54,423 bases of DNA from Candidatus Levyibacteriota bacterium (GTDB lineage Bacteria; Patescibacteriota; Microgenomatia; Levybacterales; GWA1-39-11): NCBI GenBank assembly GCA_030645455.1, contig JAUSNA010000018.1:1-54423 (forward strand). Reading direction: 5' to 3'. Shown here piece after piece: positions 9,701 to 17,552 of the stretch. Every line of letters starts with the position of its first letter. Position 1 is the stretch's first letter. A model generated the notes under the pieces. It was not told the DNA's origin, did no database searches, and saw only the letters and a program-made list of their open reading frames with translations. The translations under genes and the position numbers were made by a program.

Positions 9701-10684
9701 CAATCTTTTAAGAAGCTTCAATTGCTTTTGCCCTGATGATTTTTGCTCTTCTTCACGAAGTGTTCCAATAATTTTTGGAATGTCCATCTGCTCAATGGCA
9801 TGAAGAATAGCAGAAGCCCCGGTTTCAACCTCAAAGAAAATGATCACATCGTATTCTAGAAGTCTCACATATTCTTCTTCGGATAAAACATCCCAAGTTC
9901 GAAGTCCCTTTACAATATCTCCAATACGCTCAAAAATTTCCTCAATGCGTCCTCCCTCATTTTCAAGTCTCTTATCAAGAGCTGCATTTTTCTGTTTGTA
10001 GTTGACTCTTTGCTCCTCCAAAACCAAGTCTTTTCTTTCCTTTTTCAGGGTACTTTGTGCATCTTGCAACTTTTCCTTTTCCTCCGCTGAAAGTCTTGCT
10101 TTTTCCTCTTCAATTGTTCTTTTAAGCTCATCCAGGCGTGATTGTTTTACTTCTTCAAGTCTACTCTGTGCCTCTTTTCTTTTATCCTCATCAATAGTTG
10201 TAACAAGGTAGGAAGCATAGTAAATAATTGATTCCAGTTCTTTTTGGGATGTTCCAAGAAGAGTTGAAAGCTTTGAAGGTGACCCCTTTGAGAACCATAC
10301 GTGAATAACCGGCGCAGCAAGAGTAATGTGACCCATTCGCTCGCGGCGGACCCTAGAGTATGTGACTTCAACTCCGCATCTGTCACAAACTATCCCCTTA
10401 TATCTTATTCTTTTGTATTTTCCGCAGTAACATTCAAAGTCCCGCGTAGGTCCAAATATTCTTTCGTCAAAGAGTCCGTCTTTTTCTGCTCTAAAAGTTC
10501 TGTAGTTGATGGTTTCAGGCTTTATAACTTCACCATATGACCAGTTTTTAATGTCTTCTGGAGAAGCAACGGTAATTCTCAATCCTTCAAAATCAGAAAT
10601 GTTAATGACATCATTTTTGCGATTTGATGCTTTGGGAGCAAATGCTCCATCTCTGTATTGTTGATTTCCGTCTTGTGGTTCCAT
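6737..10684 (-). CDS. rpoC: DNA-directed RNA polymerase subunit beta prime
   Basis: 1315 aa. Zn-ribbon CYCGKYKRIRYKGIVCDRCGVEV, catalytic YNADFDGDQMAIHVPLS, a coiled-coil insertion after the first ~165 aa and an acidic 60-aa C-terminal tail. Confidence 0.98.
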   Translation of the reverse strand: MEPQDGNQQYRDGAFAPKASNRKNDVINISDFEGLRITVASPEDIKNWSYGEVIKPETINYRTFRAEKDGLFDERIFGPTRDFECYCGKYKRIRYKGIVCDRCGVEVTYSRVRRERMGHITLAAPVIHVWFSKGSPSKLSTLLGTSQKELESIIYYASYLVTTIDEDKRKEAQSRLEEVKQSRLDELKRTIEEEKARLSAEEKEKLQDAQSTLKKERKDLVLEEQRVNYKQKNAALDKRLENEGGRIEEIFERIGDIVKGLRTWDVLSEEEYVRLLEYDVIIFFEVETGASAILHAIEQMDIPKIIGTLREEEQKSSGQKQLKLLKRLHLIEAINEAGFDLSSMVLRVLPVLPPDLRPMVQLNGGRFATSDLNDLYRRVINRNNRLNHLISLGAPEIILRNEKRMLQESVDYLIDTSIRASSTQRQFKSLSDVLRGKQGRFRKNLLGKRVDYSGRSVIIVGPELSLNQCGLPKEMALELFKPFVIREIIARGLTTPNAKAAKRYIEKRPPEVFDILEEITKNHPVLLNRAPTLHKLGIQAFYPVLVEGSAIKIHPCVCAGYNADFDGDQMAIHVPLSARAQEEAIQLMMPASNLLKPADGNPITLPNKEMALGMFYLTSIDESKRKEALPMFADASEAYLALSLKMITLREPITIRFDGNTFETTLGRVMFNEALPLKMRFVNEEIKASTIREIITKAMVEISEVEVANLIDKIKEIGFYAATISGISVSTFDLKMLDNKDTLIDAAEKQIQNIEEEYQQGLVTMSEQKRLMNHVWLEVTEKMANLTWDLFAKNDIVRIIADSGGARAGKDQIKQLAAMRGLIYDPLGRIVELPIKSNFREGLSIFEYVNSARGSRKGLTDSALKTADAGYLTRRLVDVTHDVIIREADCGTTMGYHVSLENRENITPLVNMLLGRVALKDISSKKTKKVYVKKGDDIDHEKLDEILKDESILSAEVRTPIYCRLKYGMCAACYGWDLSSYKRADLGTPVGVIAAQTIGEPGTQLTMRVKHFGGVVMSDVTQGLPRVEELFEVRRPKNLAPVAEITGKASVEKVEDGYIVKIKNTKVKPVEEREYFVPLASSLLIEDGEQVVAGTQLCEGHLDPKDVLKVGGLEKAQRYLIDQIQYVYESQGISIHYKHFETIVRKMSDKVMIETAGDTSLLPGDLISKLRFEDENAAVISEGGEPATARETMLGVTKAALVTDSWLSAASFQETTQVLTDASLEGKVDDLIGLKENVIVGRLIPVREHLMDNYIPPVEEVASEVEVDSEIMKEAEASEPATEVSVEELTKSATEEKPSEEVSSDEAGNEAEESV

Positions 10685-10733
10685 ATATTTTAGACAAGGC
10701 CTTATTATACTATCCCCTGGGGAATAGGTCTAC

Positions 10734-13700
10734 TTAAGCCTTAGGCATTTCCTCCTTTTCGAGATCTTCCTCAGTCGGCTCAGCTTGTTCAGCCGGCTCG
10801 GTTACTAATTCAGCTTCAGGAATAACTACTTGATCCGCTTCATTTGTCTCAACATCCTCACCCTCTAAAGCTTCCTTTAATTCTTCCGCTTCTTTTTTCA
10901 CTTCCTCTGACATCTCACTTATTTCTTCTTCTTCAGCTATAACTGCGTGTGTAGGCTGTATATTCATACCCAATGATTGAAGTTCTCGGATCAAAACTTT
11001 AAATGATTCCGGAACCTTTGGAGTCGGAATATCAACACCTTTGATAATTGCTTCAAATGCCTTTGCTCTACCTGCTACATCATCGGATTTGATTGTTAAC
11101 ATCTCCTGAAGTGTATATGCAGCTCTATGTGCTTCAAGTGCCCAAACTTCCATCTCCCCAAGTCTTTGTCCTCCCATTTGCGCTTTTCCGCCGAGCGGCT
11201 GTTGGGTAACCAATGAGTATGGACCTGTCGATCGTGCGTGAGTTTTATCCTCAACCATGTGAATAAGTTTCATGATGTATCCGATACCAACGACGACGTT
11301 GTTTTCGTATGCATCACCAGTTCGAGCATCGTATAGTTTTACCTTCGCATCGGCCGGAATTCCAGCCTCTTTCATAAGTGCAAAAAGCCGTTCTTCTTCT
11401 GTTTTTTCAAAAACAGGCACTGCAATTTTATCTCCAAGTCTTTTTGCTGCCCAACCTGCATGAGCCTCCAAGAGCTGACCTAGATTCATACGTCCAAGTA
11501 CTGAAATCGGAGAAATTATAATATCAATCGGTGTTCCGTCTTCAAGGTATGGCATATCAGATGCCGGAACTATCTTTGAGATTACACCTTTATTTCCGTG
11601 TCTACCTGCAAGCTTATCTCCAACAACCACGTGACGGAGCTGGGCAACTTCAATTTGAAGCTTTCTAATTGTACCGGGCTCCAATTCGTCGCCTTTTTCC
11701 CGGTCAAGAACCTGAATAGAGGTAACAATTCCGTGCTCTCCATGAGGCATTCTCAAAGACGTATCTCTTACTTCTCGAGCTTTTTCTCCAAAAATAGCTC
11801 TCAATAATCTTTCTTCCGCAGTAAGCTCAGTCTCACCTTTTGGAGCAATTTTTCCGACCAATATATCTCCGGGAATTACCTCAGATCCAACAACAACAAT
11901 TCCATCCTCATCAAGGTTTGCCAAGTCTTCCTCGGCAACGTTTGGAATATCTCTCGTTGTTTCCTCAGGTCCCAATTTTGTGTCAACAACCGTTGCTTCA
12001 TATTTTTCGATATGAACTGAGGTTAGCTCGTCGTCCTTAACAAGTCTGTCTGAAATAACAATTGCATCCTCATATCCGAGTCCATCATATGATGCATATG
12101 CAATAAGAAGATTTTTACCAAGAGCCAATTCCCCATTATCTGTTGCCGGTCCGTCGACCAAAACGTCACCTTTTTTGACTTTTTGACCGGTAAATACAAC
12201 AGGTTTTTCAGAAAAATACGTATTCTGAGCTGTTCTTTTGAATTTTTCAATTTCAAACTCTACTTTTCCGTCTTTACCTGTCAGTTCAACCTTATTTGCA
12301 TCTACAAAACTGATTTCCCCATCAAAAGGAGCCTTTACAACTCTTCCCATAGCCTCAGCAACGGTTGCCTCCATTCCGGTTCCGACAACCGGTGATTCCG
12401 TTTTTACCAATGGTACGGCCTGACATTGCATGTGGGTTCCCATAAGTGCACGATTTGCTTCGTCGTGGTCAACGAATGGAATAAGAGATGCTGATGTCCC
12501 GACCACCTGACGTGGAATAACGTCAATATATTGAATTTTACCTCTTTCAACCTCAAGATATTCTCCACGGTGTCTGGCCGGAACTAAATCGTCAACGATA
12601 TATCCCTGTTGATCAACGGAAATATCGGCATGTGTAATGAATTGATCGGATTCAACATCCGCGTCAAGGTATACAATTTCTTCTGTCACTTTGGATAACA
12701 TTTTGTTTCCTTTTTTCTCCTGAACAACTACTCTGTACGGTGCCTCAAGAAAACCGAATGCATTTACCCGTGAATAGAGAGCAAGATACGTAACAAGTCC
12801 GATATTAGGACCTTCAGGACTTCTTACGGGACAAATCTTTGAGTACTGAGATGCATTGATATCGCGAATTGAGAATGATGCTCTTTCCCGTGAGATACCA
12901 CCTGTTCCCATAACGGTTAGGCGTCTTAAGTTATCGATTTCTGCTAGAGGATTTGTCTGATCTAAAATTGCTGAAAGTTGAGAAGTTCTAAAGAATTCGT
13001 TAATTGCAGCAATTATTGGGTGCGCATTTATAAAATGTGAGGGCGAATAAACTTCTTCGGTTGAGGTCAAAGACATTTTTTCCTTGATTATTCTTTCAAG
13101 TCTCAATGCTCCAACCCTAAAAGCAGTAGTTTGGACCAACTCGCCGACAGAACGCACACGTCTATTTGCCAAATGGTCGATATCATCAACCTTTCCTTTC
13201 CCTTGAGAAAGACCGATAAGGTATTTAATAATTCCAATGATGTCATCGACAGCCAATGTTGCAACCGCAGAATCCACGTTTTGATTTAGTCCATTTAATT
13301 TCTTGTTGATTTTGTATCTTCCAACCATTGAGAGGTCATATCTTCTTCTGTCAAAAAATGTATCTCTGAAGTTTTGTCTAATTGTATCGATAACTACCGG
13401 TTCTCCTGGATTTAATTTTTTGAAAATTTCAATAAGAGCATCTGTAGATCCTTTTGCTTCGTCTTTCTCAAGAGTATTTTTGATAATAATGTCTGCTCCT
13501 TCGGTATCAGCAAATTTTTCATAAATTTCCTCATTTGTTTCAATTCCTAATGCCTTCAAAAATACGGTTCCTAAGAATTTTTTGCGTCTGTCAATTCTGA
13601 CAACAATCATGTCAGTTCTGGTTGTTGAAATTTCGAGCCATGATCCATGTACTGGTCTGAGTTCTGCGGTATAAAGGGTTTTGCCGGTGATTGGATCCTC

Positions 13701-14132
13701 AGATCCGGTGAAAAATACGCCTGGAGAACGGACAATCTGATTAACAATAACTCTTTCGATTCCGTTCACAATAAATGTCGCACGATCGGTCATTTTTGGT
13801 ACTTCGCCCAAGAAAACTTCTTGTGTAACTTTTTTACCTGTTTTTTTATTAAGGAGGGTTGCTTCTACTGTTAGGGGGGTAAAATACGTAAGTCCTTTCC
13901 TCATTGCCAACTCTTCGGTTATTTTTGGTTCTCCAAGTCTGTATTCGCCTAGAGATAGTTCCCAATTCTTACCGGTAAAATCTTCAATCGGAGAAATTTC
14001 TTCTATTACTTCATGTATTCCTTCACGGATAAACCAATCATAAGACTCCTTCTGAATCCCCAAAAGATCCATTTCGGGCAACTTGTCCACCTGCTTGCCC
14101 CAATATTGTCTCAATTTATTTTGCTTTGCCAT
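10734..14132 (-). CDS. rpoB: DNA-directed RNA polymerase subunit beta
   Basis: GGQRLGEMEVWALEA and many other conserved beta blocks. I moved the start to ATG 14132 (MAKQNKLRQYWGK) because the 20 upstream codons of the track ORF cover a terminator-like hairpin. Acidic ~66-aa C-terminal tail. Confidence 0.97.
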   Translation of the reverse strand: MAKQNKLRQYWGKQVDKLPEMDLLGIQKESYDWFIREGIHEVIEEISPIEDFTGKNWELSLGEYRLGEPKITEELAMRKGLTYFTPLTVEATLLNKKTGKKVTQEVFLGEVPKMTDRATFIVNGIERVIVNQIVRSPGVFFTGSEDPITGKTLYTAELRPVHGSWLEISTTRTDMIVVRIDRRKKFLGTVFLKALGIETNEEIYEKFADTEGADIIIKNTLEKDEAKGSTDALIEIFKKLNPGEPVVIDTIRQNFRDTFFDRRRYDLSMVGRYKINKKLNGLNQNVDSAVATLAVDDIIGIIKYLIGLSQGKGKVDDIDHLANRRVRSVGELVQTTAFRVGALRLERIIKEKMSLTSTEEVYSPSHFINAHPIIAAINEFFRTSQLSAILDQTNPLAEIDNLRRLTVMGTGGISRERASFSIRDINASQYSKICPVRSPEGPNIGLVTYLALYSRVNAFGFLEAPYRVVVQEKKGNKMLSKVTEEIVYLDADVESDQFITHADISVDQQGYIVDDLVPARHRGEYLEVERGKIQYIDVIPRQVVGTSASLIPFVDHDEANRALMGTHMQCQAVPLVKTESPVVGTGMEATVAEAMGRVVKAPFDGEISFVDANKVELTGKDGKVEFEIEKFKRTAQNTYFSEKPVVFTGQKVKKGDVLVDGPATDNGELALGKNLLIAYASYDGLGYEDAIVISDRLVKDDELTSVHIEKYEATVVDTKLGPEETTRDIPNVAEEDLANLDEDGIVVVGSEVIPGDILVGKIAPKGETELTAEERLLRAIFGEKAREVRDTSLRMPHGEHGIVTSIQVLDREKGDELEPGTIRKLQIEVAQLRHVVVGDKLAGRHGNKGVISKIVPASDMPYLEDGTPIDIIISPISVLGRMNLGQLLEAHAGWAAKRLGDKIAVPVFEKTEEERLFALMKEAGIPADAKVKLYDARTGDAYENNVVVGIGYIMKLIHMVEDKTHARSTGPYSLVTQQPLGGKAQMGGQRLGEMEVWALEAHRAAYTLQEMLTIKSDDVAGRAKAFEAIIKGVDIPTPKVPESFKVLIRELQSLGMNIQPTHAVIAEEEEISEMSEEVKKEAEELKEALEGEDVETNEADQVVIPEAELVTEPAEQAEPTEEDLEKEEMPKA

Positions 14133-14166
14133 CGGAAATAAAATAGAAGTTGTCTCCCAACTCACG

Positions 14167-14204
14167 AAAAAAAAGGATGAGCGTCCAAACACCCATCTTT
14201 TTTT
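14167..14204 (-). terminator. intrinsic terminator-like hairpin in the mltG-rpoB spacer (possible rpoB leader attenuator)
   Basis: Minus-strand RNA reads A7-GAUGGGUG-UUUGGA-CGCUCAUC-U8: an 8-bp stem (2 G-U pairs) at 14175-14197 followed by a U8 tract. It ends 34 nt before the rpoB ATG. Confidence 0.55.
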
Positions 14205-14216
14205 ACATGTTGTTTA

Positions 14217-14245
14217 CATATACAGTATTTGAATTTTCTTGTCAA
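14217..14245 (-). promoter_or_regulatory. candidate sigma70-type promoter upstream of rpoB
   Basis: The minus strand reads TTGACA (14245-14240), 17 nt, TATATG (14222-14217). It lies between the mltG stop (14273) and the hairpin at 14175-14197. Confidence 0.45.
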
Positions 14246-14272
14246 TACCCTATTTGCAACACACGCTCAAAT

Positions 14273-15223
14273 TTAGTTTAGATAATTTGCAATATTCTCG
14301 TTATGCTTCATAAGTGTTTCTGCAAAGTGCACATTTCCTTTGAGGTCATGAATATAAAAATAATAACCGCTTTTTGCGGGATTTGCTGCAGCCCGAATTG
14401 CCTCAAGTCCCGGATTTGCAATGGGCCCCGGTGGAATACCCGGATTTTTATAGGTGTTGTATGGTGAATTTAGAGCCTTGTCGGCGCTTGTCGGCACGCT
14501 CCACCATTTACCTTGCGCGTCTTTACCTTTTATATATTGAAGAGTTGCGTCTATGTCCAAAGCCATTCCGTCATTTAACCTGTTTGCAATAACGGATGAG
14601 ATCATTACTTTTTCGTCGTCCCTTAACGCCTCGCGCTCGATTAATGAGGCAATTGTTATAATCCGCAGAAGATCTGAATCAACAGGAGATATTCCTATGC
14701 TCTGGATTTTTGAATTGAATGTATTTCTCATGATAGATACTACTGTTTCAACATCCGCATCCCTGGGAATAAGGTACGTATCAGGGAACAAGTAGCCTTC
14801 ATTAGCTTCGAGTACGGTGACCCAATTACTATTATATGTTCCAATGTTTTTTTGCAGAACCTGTGCAACCTCAGCCGCCCGGTATCCTTCGGGGATTGTT
14901 ATCCACACGTCAACCGACCCGTGCCCTAAAGTATCCATGATCTTTGTTAAATCCATTGAAGGCGATAACTTATAAGAACCTGCCTGCACGTCACGGTCTA
15001 ACTTATTAAGCTTAGTGTAGAGAAAAAATACAACAGGATCCTTGATAAGACCAACTTCTTTGAGGTCATTTCCTATTGTTCGCACTGCAGATCCCTTAGG
15101 TATGACAAAGCTTTTTTGTGTCGTGTCTTTAGGATCAACAGCAGACATTCCATTGTTCCACCAAAGTACCGTTCCAAGCACAATTACGATTAAAATGATC
15201 CCAACAACCAGAGGCTTTCGCAT
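14273..15223 (-). CDS. mltG: endolytic murein transglycosylase MltG (YceG-like)
   Basis: 316 aa. N-terminal TM helix, YceG-like domain with catalytic-Glu block ASLIEREA and the C-terminal YNTY...PGLPPGPI-type motif (YNTYKNPGIPPGPIANPG). Confidence 0.85.
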   Translation of the reverse strand: MRKPLVVGIILIVIVLGTVLWWNNGMSAVDPKDTTQKSFVIPKGSAVRTIGNDLKEVGLIKDPVVFFLYTKLNKLDRDVQAGSYKLSPSMDLTKIMDTLGHGSVDVWITIPEGYRAAEVAQVLQKNIGTYNSNWVTVLEANEGYLFPDTYLIPRDADVETVVSIMRNTFNSKIQSIGISPVDSDLLRIITIASLIEREALRDDEKVMISSVIANRLNDGMALDIDATLQYIKGKDAQGKWWSVPTSADKALNSPYNTYKNPGIPPGPIANPGLEAIRAAANPAKSGYYFYIHDLKGNVHFAETLMKHNENIANYLN

Positions 15224-15258
15224 AATTTCACCTATTGTAACATATGAAAGAAAATGGA

Positions 15259-16527
15259 CTATTCAATATCATAAATGGGGAACATCTCGAGCGAGTCAAC
15301 CGCTTCAGACAACCTGTGATCCGTTTCGCTATACATTTGAAATAACACCTCTTTGTTTGAAACCGTATCATCAACCCTCTTGTGCAAGAAAAGACCAGCT
15401 CTTCTATCCTGCGGTGCTCCCAACACTTTTGCAATTATAGAAACATTATGACTATTAATATGTAGAATTTTTCCGGATTTATCAGAGGGTACTTCCGTAG
15501 TCTTCGGACCCGCGTGAAGCCTATTTGACCTAACTGTCGGGTCTCCTTGCTGTGCCTCGACAATTTCCATCATTTTTTTATGAGCACGGCCGCTTACCAA
15601 AATGTCAGTCGCCCAAGCAAGAGTAGATTCATAAAGCTTTGCTTCCTCCTTTATCTTTTCATCGGCATCAGGCAAACACAATTTTAAAAGTTCTGATGCA
15701 AGAAGCAGTGATTTTTCCTCTAGTGGAAGCGGCCTTGATTCCTCCTGCTCAAGCACTTTTAATGCGTCAACAGCTTCAAGTAACGGCCCTATTCCATTAC
15801 CGGCAGGCTCCTTAGCAAAAGAAAGTACAGTCTCAAGCTTTATATCAAATCTCCTTGCTAAATATTTAAATTTGCGCGCAAGTCCCTCTGCATCTTCTTT
15901 ATGGTGAACTTTCATTGTTTTTCCATAAGGAATATCTATCACCACATGGTTAGAACCAAATGCCACCTTCTTTGCCATTACTGACACTAAAATCTTATCA
16001 AAACTTTCAAGCGCTAAAGGTTCTTCAACGTGAATGATTTCATCATCCGCAGGAGCAATCTTAAAACTTCCACCCCATACTATGCAGGCATTTGTTTTTC
16101 GCACAATTTCATATATTTGTTTCTCATCAAATGTAACTTTGGCTATTGTCTCCATCGAATCAGCAGTTCCTGCAGGAGTAGTAATTGCTCTAGAGGAGCT
16201 TTTGGGGATAAGAAACCCGGCTGAGGCAACAATAGGAACAATTACCATCGTTGCCCGAGTTCCTGGAAGACCGCCAATCGAATGTTTGTCAGCGACAATT
16301 CCTTCAAATTTAAGCTTTTCCCCTGTTTCAACCATAGCTTTTGTAAGAAAATATATTTCGTCATAGCTAAATCCTTTAGAGTATCCTGAGGCCGCAAAAT
16401 AGGTAGTCAAAACATCACCCAACCTATCATTGGCAATTTCATCCATGATTGAGTAAATCTCCTTATAGGAAAGCTTTTTCCCAACTAATTTTTTTTGTAT
16501 TGCCTTTAGAGCTTGTTCGTTTGACAT
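15259..16527 (-). CDS. deoA: thymidine phosphorylase family enzyme, AMP-phosphorylase-like
   Basis: 422 aa. DKHSIGGLPGTRATMVIVPIVASAGFLIPKSSSRAITTPAGTADSME matches the archaeal-type AMP phosphorylase block better than the bacterial DKHSTGGVGD block. Confidence 0.8.
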   Translation of the reverse strand: MSNEQALKAIQKKLVGKKLSYKEIYSIMDEIANDRLGDVLTTYFAASGYSKGFSYDEIYFLTKAMVETGEKLKFEGIVADKHSIGGLPGTRATMVIVPIVASAGFLIPKSSSRAITTPAGTADSMETIAKVTFDEKQIYEIVRKTNACIVWGGSFKIAPADDEIIHVEEPLALESFDKILVSVMAKKVAFGSNHVVIDIPYGKTMKVHHKEDAEGLARKFKYLARRFDIKLETVLSFAKEPAGNGIGPLLEAVDALKVLEQEESRPLPLEEKSLLLASELLKLCLPDADEKIKEEAKLYESTLAWATDILVSGRAHKKMMEIVEAQQGDPTVRSNRLHAGPKTTEVPSDKSGKILHINSHNVSIIAKVLGAPQDRRAGLFLHKRVDDTVSNKEVLFQMYSETDHRLSEAVDSLEMFPIYDIE

Positions 16528-16530
16528 ATT

Positions 16531-16743
16531 TTATCCTCCGCCCTTTATTGACTCGAGTGCTGTTCTAAAAAATCCTCTTATGATTCTCATTAAATGATAG
16601 AAAACAAATGCCAGAGTACGATTTACAGATGGCCAAATATTATAGAAAAATCTGTAAATCCTGTCCTTCCATACCTGCCTTTGATATTGATTTTGCAATT
16701 GCTGCTCGCTTTGAAATTGTGAATTTAATCCATCATTCTCCAT
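16531..16743 (-). CDS. small hypothetical protein (70 aa)
   Basis: Tightly packed: its stop is 3 nt before the deoA start. Q-rich N-terminus, then an aromatic/basic amphipathic segment. No motif recognised. Confidence 0.4.
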   Translation of the reverse strand: MENDGLNSQFQSEQQLQNQYQRQVWKDRIYRFFYNIWPSVNRTLAFVFYHLMRIIRGFFRTALESIKGGG

Positions 16744-16811
16744 ATTTTAAAATCCTAATTATTTTTTTCCTAAAACTAGACGCTATACGCTAGTAACTAA
16801 ACGCTAACTTA

Positions 16812-17546
16812 TCATACCTCCTGTAAGCTTGCCCGCACCACCAATCTTTTCCAGGTAGTACCAGGTGGGGTACAAGTTACAATCGTTATATAACTATTAT
16901 CATAGGCCTGAGAAAAAATATTTGGGTCATCCGAATTCATAACAGAAATTGAATAAACCGAATATTTATAACTGCGTCCATTAACTGTCAAAACAATTTC
17001 ATCACCATCTTTAAGCAGATGCAAATTGGCAAAAATTGCCATATAGTTTTCCGGATCAAACCACTGTGGAAGCGTTGAGTGTCCAAAGATGACCGATGTC
17101 CCCTTTTCTGCCGGACTTTTTGAAGTCGTAAAATATTGTACTAAATGCTTGGATAAATCAAAATCAACAGCTGATACTTTTTTTCCATTTATACCTTGGG
17201 ACGGAATAGAAAATTCGTATTCGGTAACTTTTTGCACAGATCCGTCGCTTCCAATTCTTTGCTGAGGGAACCAATTCCTTGCGTCTTTATAATTTCCGGT
17301 AACATTACTAATACCGCTGCTAAAAAGTCCGGCGATAGAACTTCCCCCATTGAGCACAAACCGCTGTGGAAGTGGAGCCTGGATATTGTTGCCGGCAAAT
17401 GCCGCAGAAAGATAAAGGTGATACGAAACCAATGGGAAAAAAAAATACAAGATCATAATTACCCCCGCACCAACACTAAGTGCGCCTAAAAATTTCTTTT
17501 TTTTCCGCATTAATAAATTGCCTTTTTTATATGAGTATCTATGCAT
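16812..17546 (-). CDS. sortase family transpeptidase (membrane-anchored)
   Basis: 244 aa. N-terminal TM helix, catalytic His in VIFGHST, Cys in ITIVTCTPPG, Arg in KRLVVRA. An alternative start is M13 at 17510. Confidence 0.8.
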   Translation of the reverse strand: MHRYSYKKGNLLMRKKKKFLGALSVGAGVIMILYFFFPLVSYHLYLSAAFAGNNIQAPLPQRFVLNGGSSIAGLFSSGISNVTGNYKDARNWFPQQRIGSDGSVQKVTEYEFSIPSQGINGKKVSAVDFDLSKHLVQYFTTSKSPAEKGTSVIFGHSTLPQWFDPENYMAIFANLHLLKDGDEIVLTVNGRSYKYSVYSISVMNSDDPNIFSQAYDNSYITIVTCTPPGTTWKRLVVRASLQEV

Positions 17547-17552
17547 ATGGGA

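Noticed and set aside
14133-14192. 20-codon N-terminal extension of rpoB in the ORF track (MFGRSSFFFVSWETTSILFP)
   Set aside because: It translates the A7-hairpin-U8 element. The conserved RpoB N-terminus begins at MAKQNKLRQYWGK (ATG 14132). For similar reasons I trimmed the TTG-initiated extension of the 765-aa ORF (19809-19850, word-repeat spacer) and the first 6 codons of rpsO (40646-40663).
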